A stretch of DNA of 64,000 nt, taken from the NCBI RefSeq assembly GCF_009914755.1, contig NC_060929.1; one strand, 5' to 3'. The position numbers were made by a program, and so were the translations under genes. Under the pieces are notes generated by a model that did no database searches, had not been told where the DNA came from, and was given only the letters and a program-made list of their open reading frames with translations. This DNA is from the human T2T-CHM13v2.0 reference genome, Homo sapiens. The stretch's first letter is position 1; each line of letters opens with the position of its first letter. Shown piece by piece: positions 38,191 to 51,635 of the stretch.

Positions 38191-39420
38191 CATAAGTGGT
38201 GCTGGGATAATTGGCTAGCCATGTGCAGAAGATTGAAACTGGGCCCCTTCCTTTCAGCATATACAAAAATAAATCCAAGATGAATTAAAGACTTAAATTT
38301 AAAACCAAAAACTATAAAAATCCTAGAAGAAAACCTCGGAAATACCATCCTGGACATAGACCTGGCAAAGACTTCATGACGGAAGATGCCAAGAACAATT
38401 GCATTAAAAGCAAAAATTGACAAATGAGGGGTCCCCTAATTAAATTAAAGAGCTTCTGCACAGCAAAAGAAACTGTCAACAGAGTAAACAGACACTGTAC
38501 AGAGGGGAGAAAATATTTGCAAATTATGCATCTGCAAAGTTCTAATATCTAGAATTTATAAGGAACTTAAACAAATTAACATGCAAAAATCAACCAACCC
38601 CATTAAAATGTGGGCAAAGGACATGAACAGACACTTTTCAAAAGAAGACATACACACAGCCAACAAGCATATGACTAAATGCTCCACATCATTCGTCCTT
38701 AGAGGAATGCAACCCAAAACTACAATGAGGTACCATCTCACAGCAGTCAGAATGGTTATGATTAAAAAGTAAAACAGTAACAGATGTTGGCAAGGTTGAG
38801 GAGAAAACGGAACACTTATACACTGCTGGTGGAGAAGTTAATTTGGTTCAACAACTGTGGAATGCAGTTTGGAGATTTCTCAAAGAACTTATCAGGAAAC
38901 TGTCATTAGACCCAGCTCTCCCATGATTGGTTATATACCCAAAGGAATATAAATTGTTCTACCGTAAAGATACATGCGCACATCTGTTCATCACAGCTCT
39001 ATTCACAATAATGGAGACATGGAATCAATCAAGATTTCCATCAATAGTAGGCTGGAGAAAGAAAATGTGGTACATGTACATCATGGAATACTCTGTAGCC
39101 ACAAAAAAGAGTGAGATCACGTCCTTTGCAGCAACATGGTTGGAGCTGGAGGTCATTATCCTATGCAAACTAATTCAGGAACAGAAAACCAAAGACTGCA
39201 TGTTCTCAGTTATAAGTGGGAGCTAAATATTGAGCACTCAAGGACACAAAGAGAGGAACAACAGAGACCCGGGCCTACTTGAGGGTGGAGGATGAGAGGA
39301 GGATGAGGATGAAAGGAACTACCTATCAGGTACCATGCTTATCACGAGGGTGATGAAATAATCTGAATACCAGACCCCTACGACATGCAACCTGCACATG
39401 TACCCTTGAAACTAAAAGGT
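38187..39420 (+). mobile_element. L1PA15/16-like 3' segment: ORF2 end plus 3'UTR
   Basis: tggtgctgggataattggctagcc...; ORF 38581 (NPIKMWAKDMNRHFSKEDI, TTMRYHLT) and ORF 38927 are L1 ORF2 remnants; 3'UTR gggcctacttgagggtggagg...cctgcacatgtaccc. Confidence 0.93.
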
Positions 39421-41045
39421 TTTTTTTCCCTTTTTTTTTCTTAAAAAAAAGGGCGTTTGCTGCTGTGAGCCCCAGCTCAAGGCCGTGTGCTTCTGCTTGT
39501 TAACCCCTTTTCCTGTGTGGATGAGCATCTCTTCAGTGATTTTCCTCTTAGTCTCCAGACGGGAACCTTTAGAGGCCACAGCTGCGGAACCCGGGGCCAC
39601 CTCTGGGCCAGAGCTGCCTCTGGGGGCATCCACAGAAGTGGGAGGTCACCAAGGAGAAAGCGCTGGAGCCTCGGGAATTTGGAGTCAGGGGTGGGTCCTG
39701 TACGGGGGTGTTTTCTTCTTGAGAACCCTGAAGGTAAAATAATGATGTCAGGTTTTCCTTGCAGAAAAGTGAAACCTTACATGCCGAGTGGTGCATATTC
39801 TTCAATGACTCATTTGTGACATTCTCCTTACACAAAAGCTATCTGGAATTGGCCCAAGGATGCATCAGGGTCGGAGGGGGAAGTGGGTTAAAGGGCATGT
39901 GATGTGCTTTCCGGAAAGTAGGAGGAGGCAGAGATGGTCCCACATTGAAACTGGAACCTTCCTTTGCAGCTGTACCTTGAACCAGCACCGAGGATGAGTC
40001 TGAAAATACGTCTACAGAATATTGCTGTCCGTATTCATCTTCAATGTCATTTTAATTATTGATTTGTAAAGGATTGTGACTACTGGTGTTAATGGAGGAA
40101 ACTGATTTTGGTGGATGCCTGCGGAAGATGCTTCCTCCCTCGGCCTTTGTTTTCCTTTTTGAGGCCATGTTAGGGCACAGCACTCTCCCATTGCCTGCCC
40201 AGCACAGTCACCACCCACAGACAGAGTCCTGCCAAGGCAAAGGCGAGGAAATGGATACCCACAAAGGCTTATGTATCTGTATCTTTATTCACTTATGAGG
40301 GAAATGGCAGGAGCCACTGCCATTTTCGTTTTCCTATGAAGGGACAAATACTGGTTTATTTTGTGTGTAAATTGTTGCACTTTAAATGTCAACAAATACA
40401 TTCTGTGATACTCTCAGGATTTTTTACATTAAAATTAAATGAGAATGTGCATTTCCTGTTCTGTGTTGGAAGCCTCCTGCACCCTGTCTACCATAGGTAT
40501 TAATTATCGTGCACGTGCCCTCTGTGTGCTGTGCTTGGTTACATCACACATCTTCCAAAATAAGATACTCCGAATATTCAGGTGAGGATTCAATAAATAA
40601 AACAACTTACAAACCATTCCTTAGAAAAAAGCATTTTTCAAACATTTTACCAACTCAGACGCGGGTTTCATTTATATGGTAATATTCAAAGGCCCCCTCT
40701 CATGTTACCTTTCCAGGCCTCTCTGAGTAAATCCATTTTCAATCAGGGGTTTCACCTTGTAGGAGCTGTGACTCAAGGTTGCCCTTGTGCCCATCCCCGG
40801 CCAGCTGGCACTCCAGGGATATTATTCTACAGTCCACAACATGCATGCTGTAAAACAATAAAGCAATCACTTGGGAAAATTACAAGACCAGAATTTTTTC
40901 TCAAACTTACTAAATTTATGACAGTAAGAAGGTCATGCTGTCGGCAAAGACTCTCCTTGAACATCCAGGGCTGGGAGTTTGCAGGGCCCCTGTGTGCCAC
41001 ATCAGAGGTGGTGCCAGTGCACCCAGCACCACTGGATTTTGGAAT

Positions 41046-41484
41046 TGTTAACAAATCTGCTTACCGAAAAGGATTTTCTTTTTAAAAAAGGAAAGATATT
41101 TTATTCCAGCAAACAGATGGCACGCTGAGGAGATAGAGCCTTCCTTCAAAACAAAGGTGTGCTCTGAGAGAACAAAGAGGGGGGAAATGTCTTTTATAGA
41201 GAAAGTTCCCACCGAGGTTTCCACCCTGGTCCACTATGCAAATGAGGGATGCAAACTTGCTCAGTTCTGATTGGTCCACTCAGGTCATAGTCTTTCGTTA
41301 GGTCCAGGAGGTGAAATGGGCTTTGCAGGCAGCCGTCGATTCAGACACTTAAACAAGAACAGAGTTGAAACACTGAGCACCTTGGTGGCCTCGAGTCAGC
41401 CGCTGGCCGCCGGGTTCTATTTGAATTTAGGGCCAGTCACAACTCAAGATCTGTCTTGAGGGACTGGCTCTTTCAGGGTTCACG
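41046..41484 (-). mobile_element. ERV1-class solo LTR (MER110/MER90-like; name tentative)
   Basis: The reverse strand starts gtgaaccctgaaagagccagtccctcaaga and carries CCAAT, an octamer, TATAAAA and AATAAA in LTR order; homologous to 55902-56450. Confidence 0.72.
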
Positions 41485-41711
41485 GAAGTTTTCCTGACTT
41501 CTTCAGGCACCCAGCCCCGCTGTGCGACGGATGGTCCGGGGTGCCTGTTGCAGGGTCATCTGTGGGGTGCTTTCCACCCAGGGCCCAGGACGTTATGTGC
41601 CTCCCTTCTCCTTAGGTCCTGTCAAGGGACAGTTCTGAGGCTTCAGAATCCAGCTGGGGAGGACTGGAGCTTTGAAAGCAAATTTGCATGAGAAAAGCAC
41701 CACTTCAAATT

Positions 41712-42055
41712 TGTTACAGAGAAATTATCCTAATGTGTATTAGAAACAGAAAGAAGATGCCACTCAAGACTTGCAACAGGAGAGAGGGGCCGAATTCCAC
41801 TTAAATAAAAGAAGGGCCAGCAGAGATGTATGATGGGCAGAGAGGGGAAGGGAGACAGAAAACCACCAGGAAGAACTTGGCCAGATACCAAGAGTGCAGG
41901 AGGAAAGGCCTGGCCGGATGTCACTGTGGGGGATCCTTCCTAGGCTGGCTTAGGATTTTTGCTAACACTGGGCTCAGCTGACCAAGGACAAGTCCTCATG
42001 GAGAAGATGGCTCAGAGGAGCCTCATGAATGTCTGGTCTAAGGAGTCCTTGTCCC
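41712..42055 (-). mobile_element. ERV1-class solo LTR (MER31/MER67-like; name tentative)
   Basis: ggatttttgctaacactgggct...ggctcagaggagcct...tggtctaaggagtccttgtc resembles the recalled consensus end in reverse. Confidence 0.6.
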
Positions 42056-42439
42056 ATTGGTTAGGGGGTCTGCATCTGTGAGCTTTTACATTTGAAGGCC
42101 TATTGTTGCATAATTATCAATCACACCTCTTCTCTTCTCAGTCCTCAAAAGGGATGAATCCCACAATCCCCAGACCACAGATGGATCTCCCATAAGGAGA
42201 GGAACTCTCAGGGAAGGTGGTATTGGATAGGACAGGTTTCCCCATTTTGCCATCCCTCAGTATTCACCTATCCACTGGGGCACGTTTTAGTTCATTGAGC
42301 CAGAGGTCCGGTTAGGGCAGCCTTCAAATGCCTCCATTTAATTAACTAGCACATTGGACATGGGAAGTTTCAGGCAACAGTTGGTAAAGAAAGGAAATGT
42401 AAATTTCCATCAAAACAGAGCTGAGTGTTAAGTCCAGGG

Positions 42440-43625
42440 AAGCAAGTAGAGAATGCCCACTCAAGTATAAACACACATGCATTGTATGCAAATGTGTGTG
42501 ACTAAATGTAATCATACAAATATGCAAATTCTGAGATTTAAAAAGATTGCTCACACATTTCTTTTTGTTCAGTCCAGGCAGAGTTTTCTTTTCTCTCACT
42601 CCTGTGATTTCATACAAGAGCAATCATATTCCTACACATCTTTTACTTCTTAAAGACGCTTCCAGGATCTTTCTCTGTGAGGCAGCTTTCTTGGTTTTTC
42701 TCCACGCTACCTAGTATTTCACTGTGGAAATGAATCAGGATTACCGGAGTGGCTTCTCGCCCTGCTGCTGGCTTTTTGCAGCTGTGAACAACATTGCCCC
42801 TTGCAACTTTGCAAATGCTGGCACTTTTAGGGGTGGGAGATTGATTCCCAAGGGTCAGATGACTGGGTCAAAGTGTATGTGCTTCCCTAATTGTAATAGA
42901 TTTTGTTTTTCACAAAGGTTGTTGAACTTTGCATTTCCACCCTTGGTGTGAGTGCTCTTCCTCTTACCTCTCGGAGGCTGCAGAGTGTCATTGCTGGTTT
43001 TAAGTTTTGCCATCCTGACCTTCATTTGCACATCCCTCCATCCACAGTCTGAGCACTGTTTCTTGCTCTGTCGGCCATTGCACCTGCTCATCTCTGAGCT
43101 GCCTCTTCCTCTGTGTAGTGGATTTTCTATTTGGACTTGCTACATGTACTCTTTTTCCAAATCTCTTGCTTGTCTATTGACATTTTATTGCATTTTCACC
43201 ATATGAAGTGATTTTTACGTGTTTGAGGTCAAAGGCATCTCCTTTACAGCCCCAGAGCTTCCCATCAGCCAGCAGTCCTTCGCGTATGTGTGGACTCCCA
43301 GGAGTGTCTGCAGTGAGCTTATTATTTTATCTTTCTCCAGGAAGTCTTTTATCCATCTGCATTTTACTCCTATTGCTGATGGAAGGTAGGAGTGTGATTT
43401 TCTTTCCTTCTAAATGAGAGTGGTGCAGCCACGTTGACGGAACAGGAGGCCCCTGCACTGACACCGTCAGAACCATCTTCACTCTGTAATCAGTGGATCA
43501 CACACCTCCTGGCTTCTAGGGCCTGCATTTTCCAGTGGCCCATTCCCTGGCCAGTACCACACTGATTTTAGTGCAGTGGCTGGATGGAATCTTCTGGCAT
43601 CTGTGGCAAGGCCTGCACCATTCTT
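42440..43625 (-). mobile_element. Decayed ancient L1 (L1ME-like) fragments
   Basis: gctgtgaacaacatt...gattcccaagggtcagatgactgggtcaaag...ccagtaccacactgatttta. Boundaries approximate. Confidence 0.55.
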
Positions 43626-44254
43626 CTTGTGGCCCTTTTCAGGTGATCGTGGACAGTTTTCAGTCACCCTGCTCCTCTCAGCCTTGCCCCAGGTCCCTCC
43701 CCTGAGGTGATGGGTCTGATGCTCCCCCTCCCAGACCACACGGTATTGCGGTTACCGCCACTCTCACGGTCGACACCCGTGTCCCCACAGTGGTCTGCAG
43801 GGCTTCCCATGACCCCCCTCACAGCGAGCCCCCTCCCTGAGTCGTCCCATCCACACCAGCCTCTGGGCCTGGAGCACAGTCCATGTGTGTGCACAACCAA
43901 CACCTCCATTACCTTCCCATGTCTTCTGCATCACAGAAGCCCACCTGGCTGCGTCTGGCAAACTGCACTGCCTGCACCCGCCCAGCCAGCCTGCTGCTGT
44001 CTTCCTCACAAGTGTGGCACACGGGTGGGAGCAGGGAGCAAGGGAGCAGCAGGAGCTCTGGGGTGCTTGCAGGGCCTGGTCTGAGGAGCAGGAGCTCTGG
44101 GGAGCGTGCAGGGCACGATCTGAGGGCCTCTCCCCCTTGCGTGCCTTCTCCACTTCCTGTCTTGTCTTTCCCCAGCTCCATCCTAACAGTTACCCTCTAA
44201 GGTTACTTTTAGTTCTGATGCGACGGGGGTACAGGAGAGATGGGGGACACCTTC

Positions 44255-44572
44255 TACACGGGCTCAACTGTGGCCCCAAAGAGATGTGTCCACATCTTCA
44301 CCTCCAGAGGCTGAGAATGTGACCTTATTTGGAAAAAGATCCTCAAAATTAAGTTAAAGATGTGCAGATGAGATCATCCAAATTTAGGATGGGTCATAAA
44401 TCCAGCAGCAACTGTCCTTGGGGAGACACACGGGGAGGAGGCTGCGTGAGGATGGAGGTGGGGGTTGGAGGGATGTGACGCCACACCTAAGAGCACTAGG
44501 GCCCCAGAGGGTGGACAAGGCAGGAAGACTCCTCTTCTAGAGCCTGCAGAGTCTGAAAACCCTGGACCACAC
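44255..44572 (+). mobile_element. MLT1 (B/C-like) MaLR LTR, 3'-truncated
   Basis: gaatgtgaccttatttggaaa...gatgagatcatcc...ggcaggaagactcctcttctagagcct. Confidence 0.85.
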
Positions 44573-47399
44573 AGCAATAACAAGACTGCCCAAGATGGGC
44601 ATATCCTACCACCAGAGTCCTCACTGTGGGGCAAAGCCAACCAGGGTCTGTTTCTTGGAGGGCATCCAGGCAGCAACGCAGAGCACTAGAGGCTGATCTG
44701 TGGGAGGGAATGAGGGAAACAAAAGATCACCATGTCTACAGCCAGGGGAACAATAGGCACTGGGCCAGGAAGCCAGTACATCCTTCCAACACTCCAGAAA
44801 GGGCCATCCTGAGGGCCGAGCTGCATAGAGGATGGAGGCAGGAAACCAAGAGGGCAGACAGGAGCCAAGCTACTGCCCTGACACAGACAAACCAAGCAAA
44901 TAGGACAGGGTGGGCTGGCTGGACCCACGTCTGGAGGGGCTTCAGATCCATTTCTGCAACTAGTGCCTGGAAACCCAGGCCACACAGACATCCCTGACCA
45001 GACAAACACACGCAATCAACACACACAGGCCTGGCCTGTGCACACACACCCACACATTTGCAAAGACGTGGAAATGTACTTGTCTATAATGAGGAAGGAC
45101 ACTTGCTTTCAAGTGAGTTCCAATGCACATTCTGCAATGTGCAAAGTGAAAATCAGCTCTGGGAAACCCAAATGCTTGGATATCCACAACTGTTGTGGGG
45201 ATTTATGCTTCCTGTTCCAGAAAGCACTCATGTTTCCTAACAGATAAGATGCAGAAAACGCACGTGTGGACGCATGGGCCTCGCTCGCTGCCTGCCGCCG
45301 TCCCTGCCTTTGCATGACACTGCCTGCCTGTTGTAGACCCGCCCGGGCCCTGCAGTCACTCCTCACACCTGCCCAGCACAGACCTTGATTCCGCTCAGTC
45401 GCCTTTGGGGACTCACGCTTCAAGCGCAACCAAGCAGAATGTCAACACACACACAGTGTACTTTCGGCAGCATCACCATTTTAGTCAGGTTTATCACATT
45501 TTTTAATGATAAAAAAATTTGATTCATTGCAAAAAATAAATTCATTGGCTTAAATCCCAGGGACCTGTGTTTCTTCCTTAGGTTTAACTTTTCTCCAGCA
45601 GGTGGCTTGACCCTGGGACACACACCGCTGGCTTCAGGGACTGCAGATTTGGAGGCAGATGCCAGCATGTTGTCCAGGCTGAGGCTTGAGGCTGCCACAA
45701 TGCTGGCTGGGCTGGGGTCTCCTTTCCTCTTCCACTCCAGCAGTGCGGGGAGCTGGCTGAGCCCCAGCAGCATCGCCACGGGCTGGGGGTGATGTGAGCA
45801 CAGGCTGGTGTGAAGGTGGCTGCCAAAGCCTGGTCTCAGTTCCATGCCCTCCTCATGAGATGGGCATGGAGGGCTTCCAAGTGCCCTGGACAGGTTTCAT
45901 CCCGGGGTTGGGGAGTGACCTCCCACAAGTCTGGCCCCCTGTGCACCATACTCCACAAAACAGGGCACAAGTGCTTCCTCCAGCGCTGCCCTGAGCCTCA
46001 GTTCCATGCCATCGCCTCTTCTGCCAGGGGTTGCTTGCAGCTCTTCTAAGGCATGGAAGGAAGACAAGGTCTGTCCAGGTGAGGTAAGGAACCCCTTGCT
46101 GTCTGGTCTATGTTCTTGTTTCAGTTTCTAAACAACCCCAAAAGGCAGGCATGCGAGTTCTAGCTTATAAATAAGGAAACTGAGGCAGATACCATGCTTC
46201 CGCTGAATGGATAAAGGTGCTCGGGAGTCTGTGTCTCATCAGCAGGCGTGATTTTGTGTGGGGAACTCTGCAGACCCGCAACACTGACTGGTTGAGCAGA
46301 CGTGGAGCCCCATTCCACCCTGGCAGCTGCCTGGCCTGTGTGGTGCGCCTGTTCCCTGACAACAGCTGCCCTCCCATGCGGCCGTGTCCTGCCCACCCTG
46401 CTCAGGACCAGCGGGGAGGGTGTTAGGCTTAGGTTCTGGCCACGTCAAATGTCCTGAGCAAGAGTCTGTCACTGGTGATCTTCCTGCTCTCAGATCTAAC
46501 TTCATGCAGGGAACTTGGCTCTGAGGGCCAGGGCGCTGGGGTGGTTTTGGGCAAACTCACCTGGTATCTCTGTGCTCTGGTTTCATCCCCTGTGGATGAG
46601 GGGAGGGGGGTGACTTCCTGATACAGCTGTCTGGGATGTGGCCAGGGCCCAGTGCCCGGCGGCATCTGAACAACAGCCCTGGAGGTTGAGGTCCGTCATT
46701 CGCCATGCGTCTCAGAAGGCAGCTCCACACGGGGGAAGAGAAGATGCCACCACGGGAGTTCACTCCTGGAGGAGTCACGTGAGTCATGTGATGGGTCTTG
46801 GAGAAATAAATGCAGCTCCAGTGTTGCCCCTGGGCCCACTGCAGAGGTTCGCCGGCTGCCAAGCACGTGCCCGCCATCCAGAGGGGAAGGTGGAGTCCCT
46901 GTGGGCCCCACCTCCTGGCTGGATGTTGGGCCTGGTGCATGGTCTGGCTGTGGCTGCCCTGCATGGAAGGTGCTCCCCAAGTGTCTGCAGGACACAGCAC
47001 TGATGTAGGAACTTGCTGCAGAGAGCAGAGGGCCAGGCTGCTGTGAATCCCTGGGGACTGAGAGATGGGAATGACACGTACCCAGGCAGGCCGTGGGGGC
47101 ATGGTGTGTCTGCAGGTTTCTCCCCGAATCTCTGGGACCTGCAAGAGGACAGGCACAGCCGTCAGCGGCTCAGCCCGACCCGCAAGAGGACAGGCATGGC
47201 TGTCAGCGGCTCAGCCCACCGTGGCTCTCTGGGCAGCTCATCAAGGCAATCCTGCTTGGGCCGACATGATTTTATAGAGGAGAAACTAAAATGGGGTAAG
47301 TACTTTACCCAGGGTGGGCCAGCTTCCGTGGAAAAGCTCATATTTTAGACGATTTTGTGGAATGCCGCAAAGTCTGTGTTTGTTACCCTGGGTCCCCAG

Positions 47400-47630
47400 A
47401 CTTTCCCATCTCCTTCGCTCTTCTCTTCCCTTAGATTCTCCCATCTCTGTCTCCTGTCTGTCTCCCTCCTTTCCCTGTCTCTTCCTCTCTCCTTCTCTCA
47501 CTCCCCTTCTCTGTCTGTCTGTCTCTGTCTGTCTGCTTTCTGTCTCTCTCTCACACTCGCTCCCCTTCTCTCTGCCTCCGTCCCTCTGCCTCTCTCTCAG
47601 GCTTTTCTGTCACTCCTCCCCTCCCCCCAG
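47400..47630. repeat. CT-rich low-complexity tract
   Basis: Direct reading. Confidence 0.85.
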
Positions 47631-50600
47631 CAGTGGAAGGGCCTCTAGGACTTTCTTCTGGAAGTTTCCCTGCACGTGGGGAACTCCCCTGCTCCTAAGC
47701 AGGGGCCCCTTCATGCTCATCTCCCATGTTCCCTCTGGGGGCCTGTGCTTGCTCACCCCTGCCTCCACTCCTGTCCTCATTCCCCTCTCTCCCTTAGCTA
47801 TGAGGAACAGGGGATCCGAGGCTTGCTGTTAGATAAACCCGTCTCGTGACTAAACTTCCCGTGTCTAGCTGGTGAACAGTCTTCATTCCTCATTGAAAAG
47901 GAGGTAAAACAATGGATTAGCATGTCAGCTGAGTTGTTTACAATTGCGTGTGGACTTTGTTGGCCTTCCTGTCTTTAAGTGGCCTGCATGGAGATGGAGT
48001 CCCCAGGCACCTTTACAGAGAGCGCCTGGTGTCGGAAGCCAAACAGGAGAGTCGGGACCTGCCCACTGCTTCGTTCGGCCTTGAAGCCCTGCAGATGCCA
48101 GAAGAAAACACACACTGGTGTGTTTCACTCACTCATCTTGGAGGCCTCCAGAGCCGACCTGAATCACGCACAACACGGTGAATCCAAGCTGAAGCGGGCA
48201 GCTCCCCGCTACCCCCAGAGCACACGAGACTGGCTCCGCTGCCGGGTCTGGCCTGACACACCTGCCGAGCCGGCCTCTTGCTGCCTTTTTTAATTTTGGA
48301 AGCCCAGGTGGATTCCCACATCCCCACATTTACATTTTCTTCTAAAAATGGACCGCCGTAATTATATGTTAAATATGATTCAAATCTGCAGGGAACTGTG
48401 ACTCAATAAGCATGGAAAAATTAATGAAAAGCTTAATTATTATAATAATACCATTAAAATCTAATAAAGGAAGAAAAAACTGGAGTTCATTTTATTTTAG
48501 CTTGGGCATCTAATATCATTTTTCCCCCTTTAGCAGAACTATAATTAAATTAGACTTGGGTTTTCAGAAAAGCTGAATTATCTGCATTGGTGCTTAAAAA
48601 TATTAGGGAGCAAGAGAGAGGAGCCTGGGAGACAGCGTGAGATGGCCCATGCGCAATGCTCTCCCGTGGCATCCATCCTGAGGGCTGCCACTCTCAGTCA
48701 GTCCACCTTTCCCACCGCTTTTAATGATTGGTTCATCTCCAGCAGCTCTGATTCCTTCTTCGGCCTTTCACGTACAAAGTATCCAGGTATTTAAGGCTCA
48801 GGGTATTAATTCAATTAACAATAATGTAAGAGCAGGCAGATGCTCCCCAGCAAAGAAAGTCTCCTCTTTTCACTCTTGGCCTCATATGAACTCACAAGAG
48901 ACCCCACTGTAAGCTCCACCACCAACATTAGCTACTTGATTTTCAAATGAAAGGAATATGTTTTTATTCATCAAATGGTTTTGATGAAAACTAAACAGGA
49001 TCCTTCCCTCACAGCTTGGATGCCAGGCACGGAGGTAGGAGTGCCAATCTTTGCCACAGGATGAACTTAGTAGGAGACTGTGTTTTGTTAATAGATAATA
49101 ATTGCCTTCTACTGCTAATTTATCTTGAAGAGCATGTGTGTTCCCCTCTGCGTCCCCCTCTCCGTGTGTGGGTGTAAGAGGGATGCGTGGGGGCAGGGGC
49201 TTTGCTGACCAGCCCTCAAGTTCTGCGGTTCATTCACTGCTTCGCCCCCCTCCCCCAGAGGACGCCCCCTAGTCACCCCTTCCAGAGCTCCCATGGGTTT
49301 CCCTGTGTCTTTTTCAGTCTGGTTTCAATGCTTTTTGCAGGCACAGCCGCGGCTTCTCAAATTTCAGAGCTTTTAACCCAAAGAAATAAGAGGCCAAGCA
49401 TCCGCTGCTGAAGCCGTCCTTGAGTGCCCTGCATGCATCATCCTTAAAGCCTCAAAATAATTTGAGAGTCTCATGTGGTCCAAAGCAAACACAGTCAGGA
49501 TTTTCTCTATTTATCTTAATTTCTCCACCAGCTCTCAGATCTGATGGTCATTAACATGCACATTTAGGATAATCTGGAGGGCATTTCAGACTGCAGACAG
49601 GCTGGCCCCAGGTTTTGCCTGGGAGGGCGGTCTGAGGCCAGCAGGAATACTGTACCGGGGCTCAGGCCGTCACCCGCAGCCAGCATGGAGAACGCTGTCC
49701 TGACACAAGTCACTGCATCTTCTCATGGGCATGTTAAAAAAAGAAAAAGGAAAAGAAAGAAATGGAATTAACATGTTTTCCCATTAAGAAGTTATGAACT
49801 GCTGTAGTTCCGACAGTGTTTGCTTTATACAGTTTTATTACCCATTCCATATTTCTTGAATTGTATCTTGAAATCTCAGCATCAACTCTCTATTACAATC
49901 TAGCTTTAAAAATAAACACCCACTTGTAGATATGTATCCATATGAATCTGTGCCTGTGTACGTTCATTCTTAATAATTGATTTTTGACATATCACATCAG
50001 TTATTTGGGGAAAACGTCATGTGGAAATCAAAGTGCATTTGGTCTCTGGCAAGGGGTTTGGGAAAGCACTACATGACGACTTTGCGAAGCCTCTTTCCCC
50101 TGCATTTCAGAAGTCATGAGCTGTTAAGGGAAATGTGGACCGTGTGTTTGGAATTCATTGACACAGAAGTCATCGGCATACTTGGTAAGAGATATCTGAT
50201 GCCCAGAAAGCCTTCTCAACTAGTTTCCATATCTTTAGCTTTTGAAAAAAGAGGTAATAACTGAAAACAAAATAATACAGAAACCTCAGAGGATTAAAAT
50301 AGAGTGGAGACAGCAGACATGCACAATGACCAAAAATGTTTAACTCGGTAGAAGGTAGTTCACCAACCCAAAGCAAATTCCTGGCAGCTCCTATCACTGG
50401 TTTATGTAACATGGTGAAAACTGTTAAATGTCTTTCAGAGGAAGACTCATTTAGGTGATTACAGGCAGGAACACAAAAGACATGTTGCATGTTCTTTTTC
50501 TTTTGAAGCAGGTAATGTTGTGCAACAAGCAGCATAATATCAAAGTTCTGAGCTTCTTTTTTTGAACTACCCCCTTTGTCTTTTCTCTTAGATTATAGGC

Positions 50601-51254
50601 CAGAGAAACCCCAAAACGTGAAAATGTGGCCTTCATTCGAGTTCAACTGTGGCCTCTGCTCATGCTTGGAACGTGACCAAAGAGATGGTTTTCTATTTTT
50701 AGTTTGAGAAGTCCTTTACATTTTCTCTTTTTAGTATAGACACAGTCAAAGATTTCATTCATCATTTATATTCTAATGTTTGGCTTGTGTCAGCCATTCT
50801 GTAAGGTACAAGTTGACCAACCTTCTCTTGGTGAACAGGTGAAATTTGGGTGGTCCACGGTAGGCCCAGTGGATCGGTCCATTGATAAACTCAGTAAGTG
50901 GTCTTTGGTCTTTACGTCTCTTTGTGATGGAAACCCATCGTCAGTGATGCCAACACTACCTGCGTTAGTGTTTACTTGGCCCCCCCGCCAGCTCTTCCTA
51001 GGGAGTAACAGGCTTTGGAGCAGCTCTTTCCAGAGCTGTGGCTCTACTTGGCTATTTCCATGGTCAGAGAAGGCAGAGGGGTGGAGACAGAGGGTCGGGT
51101 AGCAAGGAGAGGACTGGAGACCAGGACCCGGCAATCTCTGAAGGCTTCCCGGGGCTGCTCACCAGGTTGTGAGAGTCAGGCGGGGTTTCAGTGGAAGCCC
51201 CATCTTGAGATCTGCTCTTCTGTCCCAGAATTTGGGGGAAAGAATTGTGTATTT

Positions 51255-51635
<381 letters not shown>

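Noticed and set aside
45890-46620. Weak similarity between about 45890-45925 and 46575-46620 (ggtttcatccc...gtgac.tcc)
   Set aside because: Too short and gapped to distinguish from chance.
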